This document shows, one piece after another, positions 29,195 to 39,313 of a DNA stretch of 64,000 bases. The stretch is taken from contig CAWEEQ010000004.1 of the NCBI GenBank assembly GCA_963808235.1, positions 1,408,001-1,472,000 of the forward strand. Reading direction: 5' to 3'. A program made the position numbers and the translations under genes. Source of the stretch: an uncultured delta proteobacterium (GTDB lineage Bacteria > Desulfobacterota > Binatia > Binatales > Binataceae). The first letter of the stretch is position 1. Each line of letters opens with the position of its first letter. A model generated the notes under the pieces. The model did not search any database, was not told the origin of the DNA, and saw nothing but the letters and a program-made list of their open reading frames with translations.

Positions 29195-30830
29195 TCACGC
29201 CGGAACGCGACGGCGCTCCTGCTCGTGCTGGAAGCTGGCGAGCTCATTGTCCGCGCGGGCAGGATCCCATCCGAGTTCCGCTGCCATGATTCTCGCGACC
29301 GCCGGTGATGCCGCTTCGGCTTCGACCGGGTAGCGCCACGACAGCGAGGTGCGCCTGACCAGAAAATCGTGAAGCGAATGCGCCATCTCATTGCGCACCG
29401 CGTGAACCACTTCGGCGCCAATCGCGGGACATCCTCGCGCGAGCGTCGCCGCAAGTTCAGGACGCTCGGCCGCGATTCGCGCGACGATGGGCGCCCGGGT
29501 GCCGTAACGTGAATTCAGAATATCCGCCGCTTCGGGTCCGAGTTTGCGGATGATTGCGTCGTCGCTCGCCGCCGCTTCTTCCCGACCGAGCGGGCGCGCT
29601 CCCGGCATCGGGGTCGCGAGCGTCGGGCACACGCCTGGCTGCCTGCCCGAGCGCTTTCATCACGCGATCGACCAGCTTCTGCGCAATCTCGCGATGCGTC
29701 GTCAGCTTGCCTCCGGCAACCGTGATGAGTCCCGACGCGCTCTCGAGGATCACTTCCTCGCGCGGCACGCTGGACGGCGACTCAGTGCCCTCGCCTGCCG
29801 TCACCAGCGCGCGCAATCCCGCAAAGCTCGACGCGACATCGGCACTGCTCAGTTTGATTCCGGGCAGACTTTCAGCCAGCACTCCGAGCAGGTACTCGAT
29901 ATCGTCGCGATCGGCCGCGACGTTAGCCGGATCGCCGGAAAAGTCGGTGTCGGTGGTCCCGACCAGCACGTAGCGATCGTGCGGCATCACGAACACGATT
30001 CGCTCATTGTCGTCGCTGAGCACGATCGCCTCGCGCACCGGCAAGGTCGTCCGCGCGAACACCAGATGCACTCCCTTGGTCAGACGCACGGAAGGTTTCG
30101 ACGCGGGATCGTCCATCCGACGAATCTCGTCGACCCACGGCCCGGACGCGTTCAGGAATTTCTTCGCGCGAAGCTCGCAAGATGCGCCGCCGAGCAAATC
30201 GCACACCCGCGCTGCGGTTATCTTCTCCGCGTTCCTGACGAATCCTTCTACCGCCGTGTAATTCGCAACCGCGGCAGCATGCAGATCGGCGTCGAGCAGG
30301 TTTTCAAACGTGATTCGCGCATCGTCGGCCCATGCGTCGAAGTACGTCGCCCCTCCGGTAAGCCCCATCCGGCTGAGTGCGGGCTCGGTCTCGCGCACCC
30401 GCGCAGCGCTCAGGCTCGAATGCCATTCGGCCCACGCGGCGCGCGCGAACAGGTCGTAGAGCGTCAGTCCAATCGACATCGTGAAGCGATTGAATCCGCG
30501 CCCGCGATAACACGGAAACAGAAATTGGATCGGACGAACCAGGTGCGGCGCCGTCACGTGACGCAGCCGCTCGCGCTCTCGCAGCGCCGTGTACACCAGC
30601 GCTAGCTGACCCTGCGGCAGGTAGCGAAATCCGCCGTGAATCAGCTTCGAGGATCGCGACGACGTTGCGCCCGCGAAATCGCCGCGATCGACCAGCGCGA
30701 CCTTGAGTCCGCGCATCGCGGCGTCGCGCGCGGTCGCCGCGCCATTGATACCGCCGCCGATTACCGCGAGGTCGAATTCCTCGTCGCGAAATCGGGCGAG
30801 ACTCTTCTCGCGATTCAGGATGGAACCCAA
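29195..30830 (-). CDS. glpD: FAD-dependent glycerol-3-phosphate dehydrogenase, frameshifted at ~29647
   Basis: IGGGING..ARDAA.RGL, TSSRSSKLIHGG.RYL, KGVHLV, GTTD, GGKLTT; C-terminal EMA..L.DFL.RRT continues in another frame. Confidence 0.93.
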
Positions 30831-30859
30831 AACGATTCTACTTAGTCTTCCGGGTCACT

Positions 30860-31465
30860 TTAATCTTCCGGGTCTTCCTGGAACGAGTAGCGCTCCTCGG
30901 TCCAGGGGTCGGCGTGATTGTGATAGCCGCGCACTTCCCAGAATCCGCGCACGTCGATATCGGTGAACTCGATCGCGCGCATCCACTTCGCGCTCTTCCA
31001 TCCGTAGAGTTTCGGCACGATGAGGCGCAGCGGAAAGCCGTGGTCGGGATCGAGATCGCGCCCGTCATGGCGATACGCCAGCATCACGTCATCGTCGAGC
31101 AACTCGGCGATCGGCAGATTGGTGGTGTAGCCGCCGTCGCAATGGATTATCGCGTGGCGCGCGTTCGGCTTGAGCTTCACACGCGCCATCAGGTCGGCGA
31201 TCCTGACCCCTTCCCACGCGTTGTCGAGTCGCGTCCAGGTGGTCACGCAATGAAAATCGGAGACCTGCCGGCTCAGCGGCAAAGCGCGGAATTCCTCGTA
31301 TGAAAACCGCAGCGGCTCTTCGACCAGCCCGAATACTTTGAAATCCCAGGTCTTCGGATTAAAACGCGGTGTGGGTCCATAGCTCAGGACCGGAAATTTA
31401 TCGGTCAGGATTTGCCCGGGAGGAATCCGCGCCGCAAGTTCCTCGGCCTTCAAAGACTTTCCCAT
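30860..31465 (-). CDS. Sulfite oxidase-like molybdopterin oxidoreductase (YuiH/MsrP-like, cytoplasmic)
   Basis: PPGQ, DFHCVT.W, YTTNLP, HGFPLRL.VP..YGWKSAKW, GFWE.RGYH. Confidence 0.92.
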   Translation of the reverse strand: MGKSLKAEELAARIPPGQILTDKFPVLSYGPTPRFNPKTWDFKVFGLVEEPLRFSYEEFRALPLSRQVSDFHCVTTWTRLDNAWEGVRIADLMARVKLKPNARHAIIHCDGGYTTNLPIAELLDDDVMLAYRHDGRDLDPDHGFPLRLIVPKLYGWKSAKWMRAIEFTDIDVRGFWEVRGYHNHADPWTEERYSFQEDPED

Positions 31466-31535
31466 AGCAGTGACTATTATCGGAGCCTCAAACCGGACGG
31501 AAGGGGTGTTCGGCTTTCAGAGCGTGCTCTTCAAG

Positions 31536-32621
31536 TCACCTCCGCTCCATCGCGCGAATGATCGCGCCCGTCACTTCGCTGGTCGATGCCTTACCGCCAA
31601 CATCGCGCGTCAGTGCGCGGCCCGCGCGCAGCACCGACCCGGTCGCGGCGCGAATCCTGTCGCCCACCTGCTGATGCCCGAGATAGTCGAGCATCATCGC
31701 GCTCGACAAGATCATCGCGATCGGATTCGCAACACCCTTGCCGGCGATATCCGGAGCGGTGCCATGGACCGCCTCGAAAATCGCGCCCTTGTCGCCATAG
31801 TTCGCGCCCGGCACGAGTCCGAGTCCTCCGACCAGTCCGGCGCACAGGTCCGACACGATATCGCCGTAGAGATTTTCCAGCAGCAGGATGTCGAACGATC
31901 CCGGATCGGTAACCAGCCGCATGCAGGCCGCGTCGACGATCTGCTCCTGGTAGCGAATCTCCGGATAATGCTCGGCGACCGCGCGCGCGCACTTCAGAAA
32001 GAGCCCGTCCGAGAGCTTCATTATATTGGCTTTGTGAATCGCGGTGATCGACTTGCGCTTATGAAGGCGCGCATATTCGAACGCAAACTTCGCGATTCGC
32101 TTCGACGCGCGCGCCGTGATCACCTTGATACTCTCGACGACTCCGGGCGCTACCTCGTGCTCGATTCCCGAGTAGAGGTCCTCGGTATTCTCGCGCACCA
32201 CGATCAGGTTCACGTTGCGGAACGGCGTATGCACTCCCGCAAAGCTCATCGTCGGCCGGATATTGGCGTAGAGATCGAAGCTGCGGCGCAGATGCACGTT
32301 GATCGAGCGCCATCCCTCTGCGACGCGCGTCTCGAGCGGCCCCTTAAGCGCAACTCGCGTGCGCCTTAGCGATTCGATAAGCGCGTCGGGGACCGGAGTG
32401 CCAAAGCGCCTGAACGCCGAGGCGCCCGCTGCCTGCCGATCCCACTTTATTTCGACCCCGGTCGCCGCGATCACCGCGACCGCCGCACTCATGACCTCCG
32501 GCCCGACGCCGTCGCCCGGGATCAGCGTGACCTCGCGATCTTGATGAGATTTGACCCGCCGCGGTTTGAGCGATGAAACAGGCACCACGGTAGATCGATC
32601 AGTTCCCGATTTTTTCGTCAC
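31536..32621 (-). CDS. Isocitrate/isopropylmalate dehydrogenase family enzyme (NAD-type IDH-like)
   Basis: [61 protein letters not shown]; start uncertain. Confidence 0.93.
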   Translation of the reverse strand: MTKKSGTDRSTVVPVSSLKPRRVKSHQDREVTLIPGDGVGPEVMSAAVAVIAATGVEIKWDRQAAGASAFRRFGTPVPDALIESLRRTRVALKGPLETRVAEGWRSINVHLRRSFDLYANIRPTMSFAGVHTPFRNVNLIVVRENTEDLYSGIEHEVAPGVVESIKVITARASKRIAKFAFEYARLHKRKSITAIHKANIMKLSDGLFLKCARAVAEHYPEIRYQEQIVDAACMRLVTDPGSFDILLLENLYGDIVSDLCAGLVGGLGLVPGANYGDKGAIFEAVHGTAPDIAGKGVANPIAMILSSAMMLDYLGHQQVGDRIRAATGSVLRAGRALTRDVGGKASTSEVTGAIIRAMERR

Positions 32622-32669
32622 CCCAAGTGGTCTAAGAGATCGGCGGACGGCATTCAACGCCGCAAATAG

Positions 32670-32710
32670 AAAAGCGAAGCCCGGCCGGTCGTTCAGACCG
32701 CCGGGCTTCG
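32670..32710 (-). terminator. Probable rho-independent terminator for the 32760-33347 gene
   Basis: CGAAGCCCGGC...GCCGGGCTTCG stem with an adjacent A-run on the + strand (U-run on -). Confidence 0.65.
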
Positions 32711-32759
32711 AGGCGTACGTTGTGTCGAGTCGCTTGACGGCGGCTCGGCACATCCCCCG

Positions 32760-33347
32760 CTACGGACAGGTCACGGTCAGGTTAAATGACTCGTCCGCCG
32801 GCGTCCCTGCTGGGACATCGGTGAGGACATCATAGCTATCCCCAGCGGTAGTCTTCGTTGCGCTGGTGACGGTAATCTGGCCGAACGCGCCAACGATCGT
32901 TGCCACTGCCGAGCACGCGGCTACATCCTTGCTGAAAGTGACCTGGCACGTACCGGTCCCGATATCGGTTGTTGATAGCACGCTGCTGCTGTGAGAACCG
33001 AGCGTACAGTCTGAAGTAACCACCGCAAAGTTGTTCTGCCCCTCCAGGTCGGCGACCTCGGTGGTCAGCGTGGCGACCTCGGTGGTCAACGTGGCGACCT
33101 CGCCTATCAGTGTGGCGACCTCGCCGTTGAGCGTTGCGACGGCGGCTTGCAGATCGGCTATAAGGACCTCATCCGCCTCGACGCGATCTTCCAGGCCCGG
33201 TAGCCCACCGGCCTGCGACTCTCCTCCTCCGCTGCCCCCGCCGGCGCCGCCGCCCTTACCTTTGCCATTGCCATTCCCCGCCCAAGCCGGCGAACTGAGT
33301 GCCGCCGCGAGCAGGATACACCCCGCGATTCTGATGCTCTGTTTCAT
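32760..33347 (-). CDS. Secreted protein with Gly-rich linker, heptad coiled-coil stalk and small beta-rich head
   Basis: Signal peptide (PAWA), 21-nt repeats encoding VATLNGE-VATLIGE-VATLTTE-VATLTTE, Cys-containing C-domain; GGAGGG SD. Confidence 0.8.
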   Translation of the reverse strand: MKQSIRIAGCILLAAALSSPAWAGNGNGKGKGGGAGGGSGGGESQAGGLPGLEDRVEADEVLIADLQAAVATLNGEVATLIGEVATLTTEVATLTTEVADLEGQNNFAVVTSDCTLGSHSSSVLSTTDIGTGTCQVTFSKDVAACSAVATIVGAFGQITVTSATKTTAGDSYDVLTDVPAGTPADESFNLTVTCP

Positions 33348-33601
33348 TGTTTCCCTCCAATAACTCCAGGACGGTCGCTAACGTACGTTTACTAAGATTG
33401 TATTAAAGAAAATCGCATCGACTCAAATGATCAAACCAGCGCCAGAACGTATATCTTGGTGTTTAGTAACGTTATGCGTGCCGGCGCGTGGGAAATTTGA
33501 ACCTTAACGCCGCAGATTGACCCAACCGGCGAGTTCCAGCGCAATGGTCTTCAGTAAATTGAGGTACCGCCGAGAACAAACTTGCCCGCGCCGAGCTGAT
33601 C

Positions 33602-34960
33602 TCAATAGTTCACCAACGCGATGAAAATGTCGCTGACATTCGTCCCGGTCGCGCCCGTAGTGAACAAGCCGCTGGTGGCTTTGAAGAAGTTGTAGGCGTC
33701 GTTGCGAGTCGCCGCCATCTCGGCGCTTAGCCTGGCGCGAACCCCGCGTTCGACAGATGCCGGCGACGCGAAGGCACCTGCGGCGTCGGTCGGCCCGTCG
33801 ATTCCGTCAGTGCCGGCAAATAGCGCCGCGATTCGCCGGCCGGGCGCAATCAGTGCGAGCTCGATACTCATCGCGAGTGCGCATTGCTGCGCACGGCCGC
33901 CGCGCCCGCCGCCGCGCACCGTCACCACCGGCTCGCCGCCGGCTATCACGCAGACGCGGTTGTCGGCGATCTCGCTCACATATTGGGCGAGCGCGCGGCC
34001 TGCGTCGTTCGCCTCGCCGTGCAACTCCTTCCCCCGATGCGGATGATAGCCAAGCGTCGCGGCGGCGCTCTCTGCGGCTTCCAGAGCCAGGCTGTTATCG
34101 CCGACGACTACATTGATCACACGTTCCAGGATCGGATCGTCTTTCTTCACCGTGTCTTCAAATTTGCCCGCGACTGCCCGCTCGAGGTATTCGCGGATCG
34201 ATTCCGGCGCGCGTCCCCAGATGGCGCGCCGTTTCAAGACCGCGACCGCGTCGGCAAAACTGCTCCAGTCCGCCGCCGTCAGACCCGAGCCGATAGTCGC
34301 GAGGTCGTTGCCCGGTACGTCCGAAAGCACCAGCCCCGCGACTCGCGCGCCGCCGCATCGATAGAGTAGGCGCCCTCCCTTCACCGCCGAAAGATGCTTC
34401 CGCACCACGTTCAGCTCACGAATCGACGCACCTGCCTTGAGCAGAACTTCATTGATTGCAATCTTGTCGGCGAGCGCGATCTGTTCGGCGGGCATCGTAA
34501 ACATCGCCGACGCGCCTCCGCTAAGCGCTACGATCACCAGGTCGCCAGGCGTAGCGGCGCGCACCATTTCGCACGCCGCCCGCGCGGCAGCCTCGGACGA
34601 GTCGTCGGGAATCGGATGCGCCGCTGGATATACGCGCACCTTGGACCGCGGCGCGATCGCGCCGGACGCAGTTCCCGACGATGGTTTCGGTACCACCGCG
34701 ATCGCATCGACGATCTTTTCGCCGAGTCGGCGCTCAATCTCTGCGGCCATCGCGGCCGCCGCCTTTCCGATCGCCAACAGAAAGACTCGCGCCGCGTTCG
34801 CGATCAGGGCGGGAATCTGCTCGGCGCCCTCGGCTTCACCGGCGATCGCGCGGCCGACCAGCCGCGCCGGATCGACCGCGTCGATCGCGGTGCGAAAGAT
34901 CTTTTCCAGGTCTGCCCGCGCCGCGGTTTCAGATTCCGGCGCTGTCTCCGATGAGGGCAT
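33602..34960 (-). CDS. Glycerate 2-kinase (DUF4147/MOFRL, TtuD-like)
   Basis: IGKAAA.MA, HPIPD, SGGASA, ELN.VRKHLS.VKGG, SDVPG, GTDGIDG, TGTNV.D. Confidence 0.93.
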   Translation of the reverse strand: MPSSETAPESETAARADLEKIFRTAIDAVDPARLVGRAIAGEAEGAEQIPALIANAARVFLLAIGKAAAAMAAEIERRLGEKIVDAIAVVPKPSSGTASGAIAPRSKVRVYPAAHPIPDDSSEAAARAACEMVRAATPGDLVIVALSGGASAMFTMPAEQIALADKIAINEVLLKAGASIRELNVVRKHLSAVKGGRLLYRCGGARVAGLVLSDVPGNDLATIGSGLTAADWSSFADAVAVLKRRAIWGRAPESIREYLERAVAGKFEDTVKKDDPILERVINVVVGDNSLALEAAESAAATLGYHPHRGKELHGEANDAGRALAQYVSEIADNRVCVIAGGEPVVTVRGGGRGGRAQQCALAMSIELALIAPGRRIAALFAGTDGIDGPTDAAGAFASPASVERGVRARLSAEMAATRNDAYNFFKATSGLFTTGATGTNVSDIFIALVNY

Positions 34961-34964
34961 CGGA

Positions 34965-35645
34965 CTAACGCTTACGTTTGAGGACGACGATTTTTCCCGA
35001 CGCTTGCGCGACCAGGACCATATCCGCCATTCCGACGAACAGTCCGGTGCCCAGGACTCCAGGAATCGCAAGCAGCTCGCGATCGAGCCGCGCGGGATTA
35101 ACGATATTGCTGACGCCGCAGTCCAGAATCAGGTTGCCGTTGTCGGTGATGAACTGCTTGCCATCGTGCTCTCGAACCCGCGGGCGCAAGCCGAGCCTCT
35201 TGATCATTTTGGTTGCGAGCGGAAGTCCGAACGGGATCACTTCGACCGGCAGGGTCCGCCTACTACCCAATTTGCCCACCATCTTTTCCTCGCCGACCAG
35301 CACGATAAACCGGCGCGACGATGCGACTACAATTTTCTCCCTGACCAGCGCGCCGCCGTAACCTTTGATCAGGTTGAGGCGCGGATCGACTTCATCAGCG
35401 CCGTCAAAATCGATATCGAGCGTGCCCGCTTCCTCGAGCGTGACGATTGGAATGCCGCCGGCGCGGGCCAGCGTCTCGCTCGCGGCGGAAGTCGGCACGC
35501 CCCGCACTTTGATCTCGCTCGCTCCCAGAGCCCGAATGAACGCGCTCGCCGCGCGCCCGGTCCCAAGCCCAAGCGTGCGTCCCGGCTTGGCAAAGCGCAG
35601 CGCATATCGCCCCAGCGCTTCGAGCTGTTCGGGACTGGCGTCCAT
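34965..35645 (-). CDS. rpiA: Ribose-5-phosphate isomerase A
   Basis: LGLGTG, DGADEVD, IKGYGGALVREK, LPVEV, TDNGNLILD. Confidence 0.96.
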   Translation of the reverse strand: MDASPEQLEALGRYALRFAKPGRTLGLGTGRAASAFIRALGASEIKVRGVPTSAASETLARAGGIPIVTLEEAGTLDIDFDGADEVDPRLNLIKGYGGALVREKIVVASSRRFIVLVGEEKMVGKLGSRRTLPVEVIPFGLPLATKMIKRLGLRPRVREHDGKQFITDNGNLILDCGVSNIVNPARLDRELLAIPGVLGTGLFVGMADMVLVAQASGKIVVLKRKR

Positions 35646-35851
35646 CAGGTCAGGTGCCGGTCGCGGCGCATTGCGGCGAGATCGCCTTCCCAGTGGAGTT
35701 TGCCGCGCGCCGAGCGAAGCAGCCTCTCTCGCTCGGCCAGACGCACTATCAGTTCGAGCCCGCGTCGGACCGCCTCGCTCTTGGTGCGAGCGCCCGACAC
35801 GCGCATCGCCCGTTTCATGAGCCGGTCGTCAATTTCGATCGTGGTGCGCAT
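35645..35851 (-). CDS. Type II TA antitoxin, VapB family (no adjacent toxin)
   Basis: MRTTIEIDD.LM..AM..SG..TK...V..GL..L...W.GDL..MR matches the ribbon-helix-helix VapB pattern. Confidence 0.85.
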   Translation of the reverse strand: MRTTIEIDDRLMKRAMRVSGARTKSEAVRRGLELIVRLAERERLLRSARGKLHWEGDLAAMRRDRHLT

Positions 35852-35872
35852 TGGACACTTTGTGCGTACTGG

Positions 35873-36508
35873 CTAGGGTTTGCCGTTGCGCAGCAGTTGC
35901 ATGAACTCGTGGCGCGTTTCGTGATTGGTGCGGAACACGCCCAGCATCGCCGAGGTCGTGACGTAGGAATTCTGCTTCTCGACCCCGCGCATCCGCATGC
36001 ACAGATGCTCGGCCTCGAGCACCACGGCGACGCCCAGCGGATCGATCTCCTCCATCAGGGTCTGCGCGATCTGCGTGGTCAGCCGCTCCTGCACCTGGAG
36101 CCGGCGCGCGTATATTTCGACCATCCTCGCGAGCTTCGAGATTCCGACGATTTTGCGATTGGGCAGGTATGCAACGTGCGCCTTGCCCATAAACGGCAAC
36201 AGGTGATGCTCGCACAGCGAATAGAAATCCAAATCCTTGCACAGGATCATTTCCTGATAATCCTGTTCGCTGAACAGCGCGCCGTTGATTGCGGTCTTGG
36301 GATCTTTCGCGTAGCCGCTGGTCAGAAACTCGTATGCCTTCGCGACCCGCACGGGCGTTCGCTTAAGGCCGTCGCGATCCGGATCCTCGCCCATATGGCG
36401 CAGGATCACGCGGACCGCATCTTCGAGACTGTCCGTATCCTTATCCGGATACGGCTTATTATTTACGCCACGTTTGGACCGTGCCCCGTTCGAATCAGTA
36501 CGGTTCAT
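35873..36508 (-). CDS. folE: GTP cyclohydrolase I
   Basis: [47 protein letters not shown]; ATGA overlap with metF. Confidence 0.97.
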   Translation of the reverse strand: MNRTDSNGARSKRGVNNKPYPDKDTDSLEDAVRVILRHMGEDPDRDGLKRTPVRVAKAYEFLTSGYAKDPKTAINGALFSEQDYQEMILCKDLDFYSLCEHHLLPFMGKAHVAYLPNRKIVGISKLARMVEIYARRLQVQERLTTQIAQTLMEEIDPLGVAVVLEAEHLCMRMRGVEKQNSYVTTSAMLGVFRTNHETRHEFMQLLRNGKP

Positions 36509-37407
36509 GCGCCGCTCTCCTTGCGCCATTGGCTGAATTGAATCGCCAGCTCGATCGCCAGCGACGGGCCGCCGCCGCTCATGATGTTAAATCCGGCCAC
36601 CTCGCGAGCCAACGATTTCATCAGCGCCATATTCTCGCGGATTGAAACCGCGCGCACCTGTTCTTCGCTCATTCCGCCGTATCTGTCGAGATGCGGTCGC
36701 GCGCCGCTCAAGTCCTTTACCCGGTCGATCAGGTAGTTCGCCATCGCCTCACGCTTGACCGGCAAAATTCCGAGCATCGTCTTGATTCCCAATTCGTTGG
36801 CGCGCGCGATAAAAGAGCGGGCGGTTTCGGCGTCGAAGACCGGCTGCGTGATCACGAAGCGCGCGCCGGCGCCGGCTTTGCGCTTGAGCAGCTCGAACTC
36901 GCGCTCGATATTTTTCCGATTTGGATTTGCGACCGCACCCGCGACCAGCGCCGGCAGCATCTTGAGCGCCGGCTTGCCTTCGCCGGTGTCGCCGCGATTC
37001 AAGTCGGCGATCATCGCGAGCAATCCGTACGCGTCGATATCATGCGAGACGATCACGCTGCCGTCGGCGCCGGGCGGAATCTTGTCGCCGTGCAGCGCGA
37101 CCACCGCGTCGATTCCGAGCGCGGCCGCGCCCAGCAAATCGGACTTCAACGCGAAACGGTTGCGGTCGCGGCACGATACGTTCAGCACCACCGGCAGCTT
37201 CAGGCGCTCCTTGATACTCGCGCCGAAGACCAGCGCCGACATCTTTATTTTGCCGAGGGCGTTGTCGGTAAGATTTATCGCGTCGACGTGTCCGACCAGC
37301 GCAGCCAGCTTCTTCAGCAGTGGCGCCGGATTGATTCCGCGAGGCGGCGAGACTTCGAGCCACAGCGCCGGCGCGTCCGCGTTCAGGCTGTCGAGAATTG
37401 GCGGCAA
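36505..37407 (-). CDS. metF: Methylenetetrahydrofolate reductase
   Basis: EVSPPRG, DAIN.TDN, SCRDRN, GD, K..AGA.F.ITQPVFD. Confidence 0.88.
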   Translation of the reverse strand: MPPILDSLNADAPALWLEVSPPRGINPAPLLKKLAALVGHVDAINLTDNALGKIKMSALVFGASIKERLKLPVVLNVSCRDRNRFALKSDLLGAAALGIDAVVALHGDKIPPGADGSVIVSHDIDAYGLLAMIADLNRGDTGEGKPALKMLPALVAGAVANPNRKNIEREFELLKRKAGAGARFVITQPVFDAETARSFIARANELGIKTMLGILPVKREAMANYLIDRVKDLSGARPHLDRYGGMSEEQVRAVSIRENMALMKSLAREVAGFNIMSGGGPSLAIELAIQFSQWRKESGA

Positions 37408-37446
37408 CGGATTTCTCCGCGGGGGGTTCGCGACTCGGCCGGAACC

Positions 37447-38481
37447 TTACGCCTGGCGGCGCTCGGTTGCTTTGACCTTCTGATATTTGCGGTAGTCGTA
37501 GCCGGTCGCCATCGCCATCAAGAGCGGCTCCATCCCGCCCTCGCGCTCGCGGCGGAGCACGCGCAGGCGATCGAAGAACTCGCGGAAGTCCTTGTCCACG
37601 CGGCGTTTGCCGTCCATCGGCTGGAGAAAAAAATCGTGCAGACGGGTCACCGTGAAACGCAACGAGGAAAATCGAAGTTCATTCGGGAACGCGTCCCACT
37701 CGGCCAGCGACAGCGTGCGCACCGATTCGTACCCCGAGAGCAGGTAGCGGAACCGATCGAGCGAGTACGCGCCATCGACGAAGCACAACGCGTTGACCGC
37801 GGTCGCGATATCGAAAATAAACTTGCCGCGGCATGCGGCGTCGAAATCGAGCATCGCGGTAAGCTTCTCGCCGCGAAAAAGCAGATTGTCGGCGAAGATA
37901 TCGCCGTGGATCACGCCCTTGGGCAGCTTGCCTTCCAGATAACGGGTCAGGTACTCGACCTCGTCGTCGAGCGTCCGGCAAATCTTGCGGAAATAGTTCG
38001 GCAGCCGCGAGCGCACGCTCAGGTAGAGATCCGCGATTCGCTCGAAGCTGAAGCGGTTGTCGATTCCCTTCTTGTACGCCTTGCCGATCACGTGCAGATC
38101 GCCGAGCGAGCGTCCGATGGTTTCGAGCTGGCTCGGCTTAAGGCGCGCCGGAAGCAGCACCTTGCCTTCCTGGTACTTGAACAGCGACACGCATCGATTG
38201 TTGGAATTGCGGTAAAAGCGGCCCATCCGATCCTGCATTGGATGCGGGCATGGAAAGCCGTGCTTGCGCAGAAACGACAGCAAATCGATCTCGCGCTTGA
38301 GCTCGTTCTCGCCTTTGACTTCGTCCACTCGGAGCAGGAACTTGCCCTTGGCGGTTTCAAGCACGTAGTTGGTGTTGACCGATCCCTCCGGGATGCCGGC
38401 GGCGCTGCTGACTCGGCCGAGACCATAGTCGTCGGCCAGTTCCTTGAGGAAGGGTTTGCTCAGCTCGGTGTATACGGCCAT
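37447..38481 (-). CDS. thrB: Homoserine kinase (type II, APH-like)
   Basis: MAVYT, GI.EG..NTNY, LP.G.IHGD.F.DN.LF, LDF..AC, RF...RL.D. Confidence 0.9.
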   Translation of the reverse strand: MAVYTELSKPFLKELADDYGLGRVSSAAGIPEGSVNTNYVLETAKGKFLLRVDEVKGENELKREIDLLSFLRKHGFPCPHPMQDRMGRFYRNSNNRCVSLFKYQEGKVLLPARLKPSQLETIGRSLGDLHVIGKAYKKGIDNRFSFERIADLYLSVRSRLPNYFRKICRTLDDEVEYLTRYLEGKLPKGVIHGDIFADNLLFRGEKLTAMLDFDAACRGKFIFDIATAVNALCFVDGAYSLDRFRYLLSGYESVRTLSLAEWDAFPNELRFSSLRFTVTRLHDFFLQPMDGKRRVDKDFREFFDRLRVLRREREGGMEPLLMAMATGYDYRKYQKVKATERRQA

Positions 38482-38678
38482 TGGTGGGTGCAATCGGTCG
38501 GAAAACTGTCAGCGCGGACCAAGTCTAAGGTGTGATTGGCAGCGCGTCAACTAGGGGTCATGAAACCCTTGCTGGACAAGGGTTTGCGGAGGTCCGCCCC
38601 CGCACCAAATACGCGAGCGGCTCCGTTGTCCACGTCGGGTATTTGCCACAGACGACCAGCGCGACTAAATGAATCGCT

Positions 38679-39242
38679 ATGCCAAAATCGAAGAAGACTG
38701 CTCCCAAGGTATCGAAAAAACCTGAAAGCAAATCCTCGCCTCGAATCTCCGCCAAGGCCGCGAAGGGATCGAGCGCGACACTCGAAGGAAAGAAAGCGCC
38801 CGCATTTCAGTTGGCCGACGCAAGCGGCAACACCGTCGCGCTGAAAGATCTCCTCGGTGCCAACAACCTCGTTCTCTACTTCTACCCCAAGGACATGACC
38901 CCCGGATGCACGATCGAAGCGTGCAGCTTTCGCGATCACAACGGCCGGATCGCCGCGCTCGGCGCAACAGTCGTCGGCGTGAGCGCGGATTCGAGCGCCT
39001 CGCACACCAAATTCACCGACAAGCACGGACTCAACTTCCCGCTGCTCGCCGATCCCGAGCACAAGGTCACCGGCCTCTACGGCGTTTACAAAATGAAGTC
39101 GCTCTACGGACGCCAGTTCATGGGAATCGAGCGGACCACCTTCGTGATCGACAAATCGGGAATCGTGCGTCGCGTCTTTGCGAAGGTGAAAGTGAACGGT
39201 CACACCGACGAAGTGATCGAGGCGCTAAAAGCGATCGGATAA
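38679..39242 (+). CDS. bcp: Peroxiredoxin BCP/PrxQ with basic N-terminal extension
   Basis: LYFYPKDMTPGCTIEACSFRD, GVS.D, ERTTFVID. Confidence 0.95.
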   Translation: MPKSKKTAPKVSKKPESKSSPRISAKAAKGSSATLEGKKAPAFQLADASGNTVALKDLLGANNLVLYFYPKDMTPGCTIEACSFRDHNGRIAALGATVVGVSADSSASHTKFTDKHGLNFPLLADPEHKVTGLYGVYKMKSLYGRQFMGIERTTFVIDKSGIVRRVFAKVKVNGHTDEVIEALKAIG

Positions 39243-39252
39243 AATAAAGATT

Positions 39253-39286
39253 GGGGCCGATGGATTTTTCCACCGGCCCCATTTTT
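39253..39286. terminator. Probable bidirectional terminator between bcp and the phosphoesterase gene
   Basis: GGGGCCGATGG-loop-CCACCGGCCCC hairpin, T-run downstream and A-rich tract upstream, between convergent genes. Confidence 0.7.
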
Positions 39287-39313
39287 CATTCCGCCAGCTT
39301 CCTTGGCCGACGA

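Noticed and set aside
34437-35876. 479-aa plus-strand ORF
   Set aside because: Antisense to glycerate kinase, rpiA and vapB; low-complexity Ala/Ser/Arg translation.
36691-38535. 614-aa plus-strand ORF
   Set aside because: Antisense shadow of metF/thrB with no motifs; long shadow ORFs are expected at this GC content.
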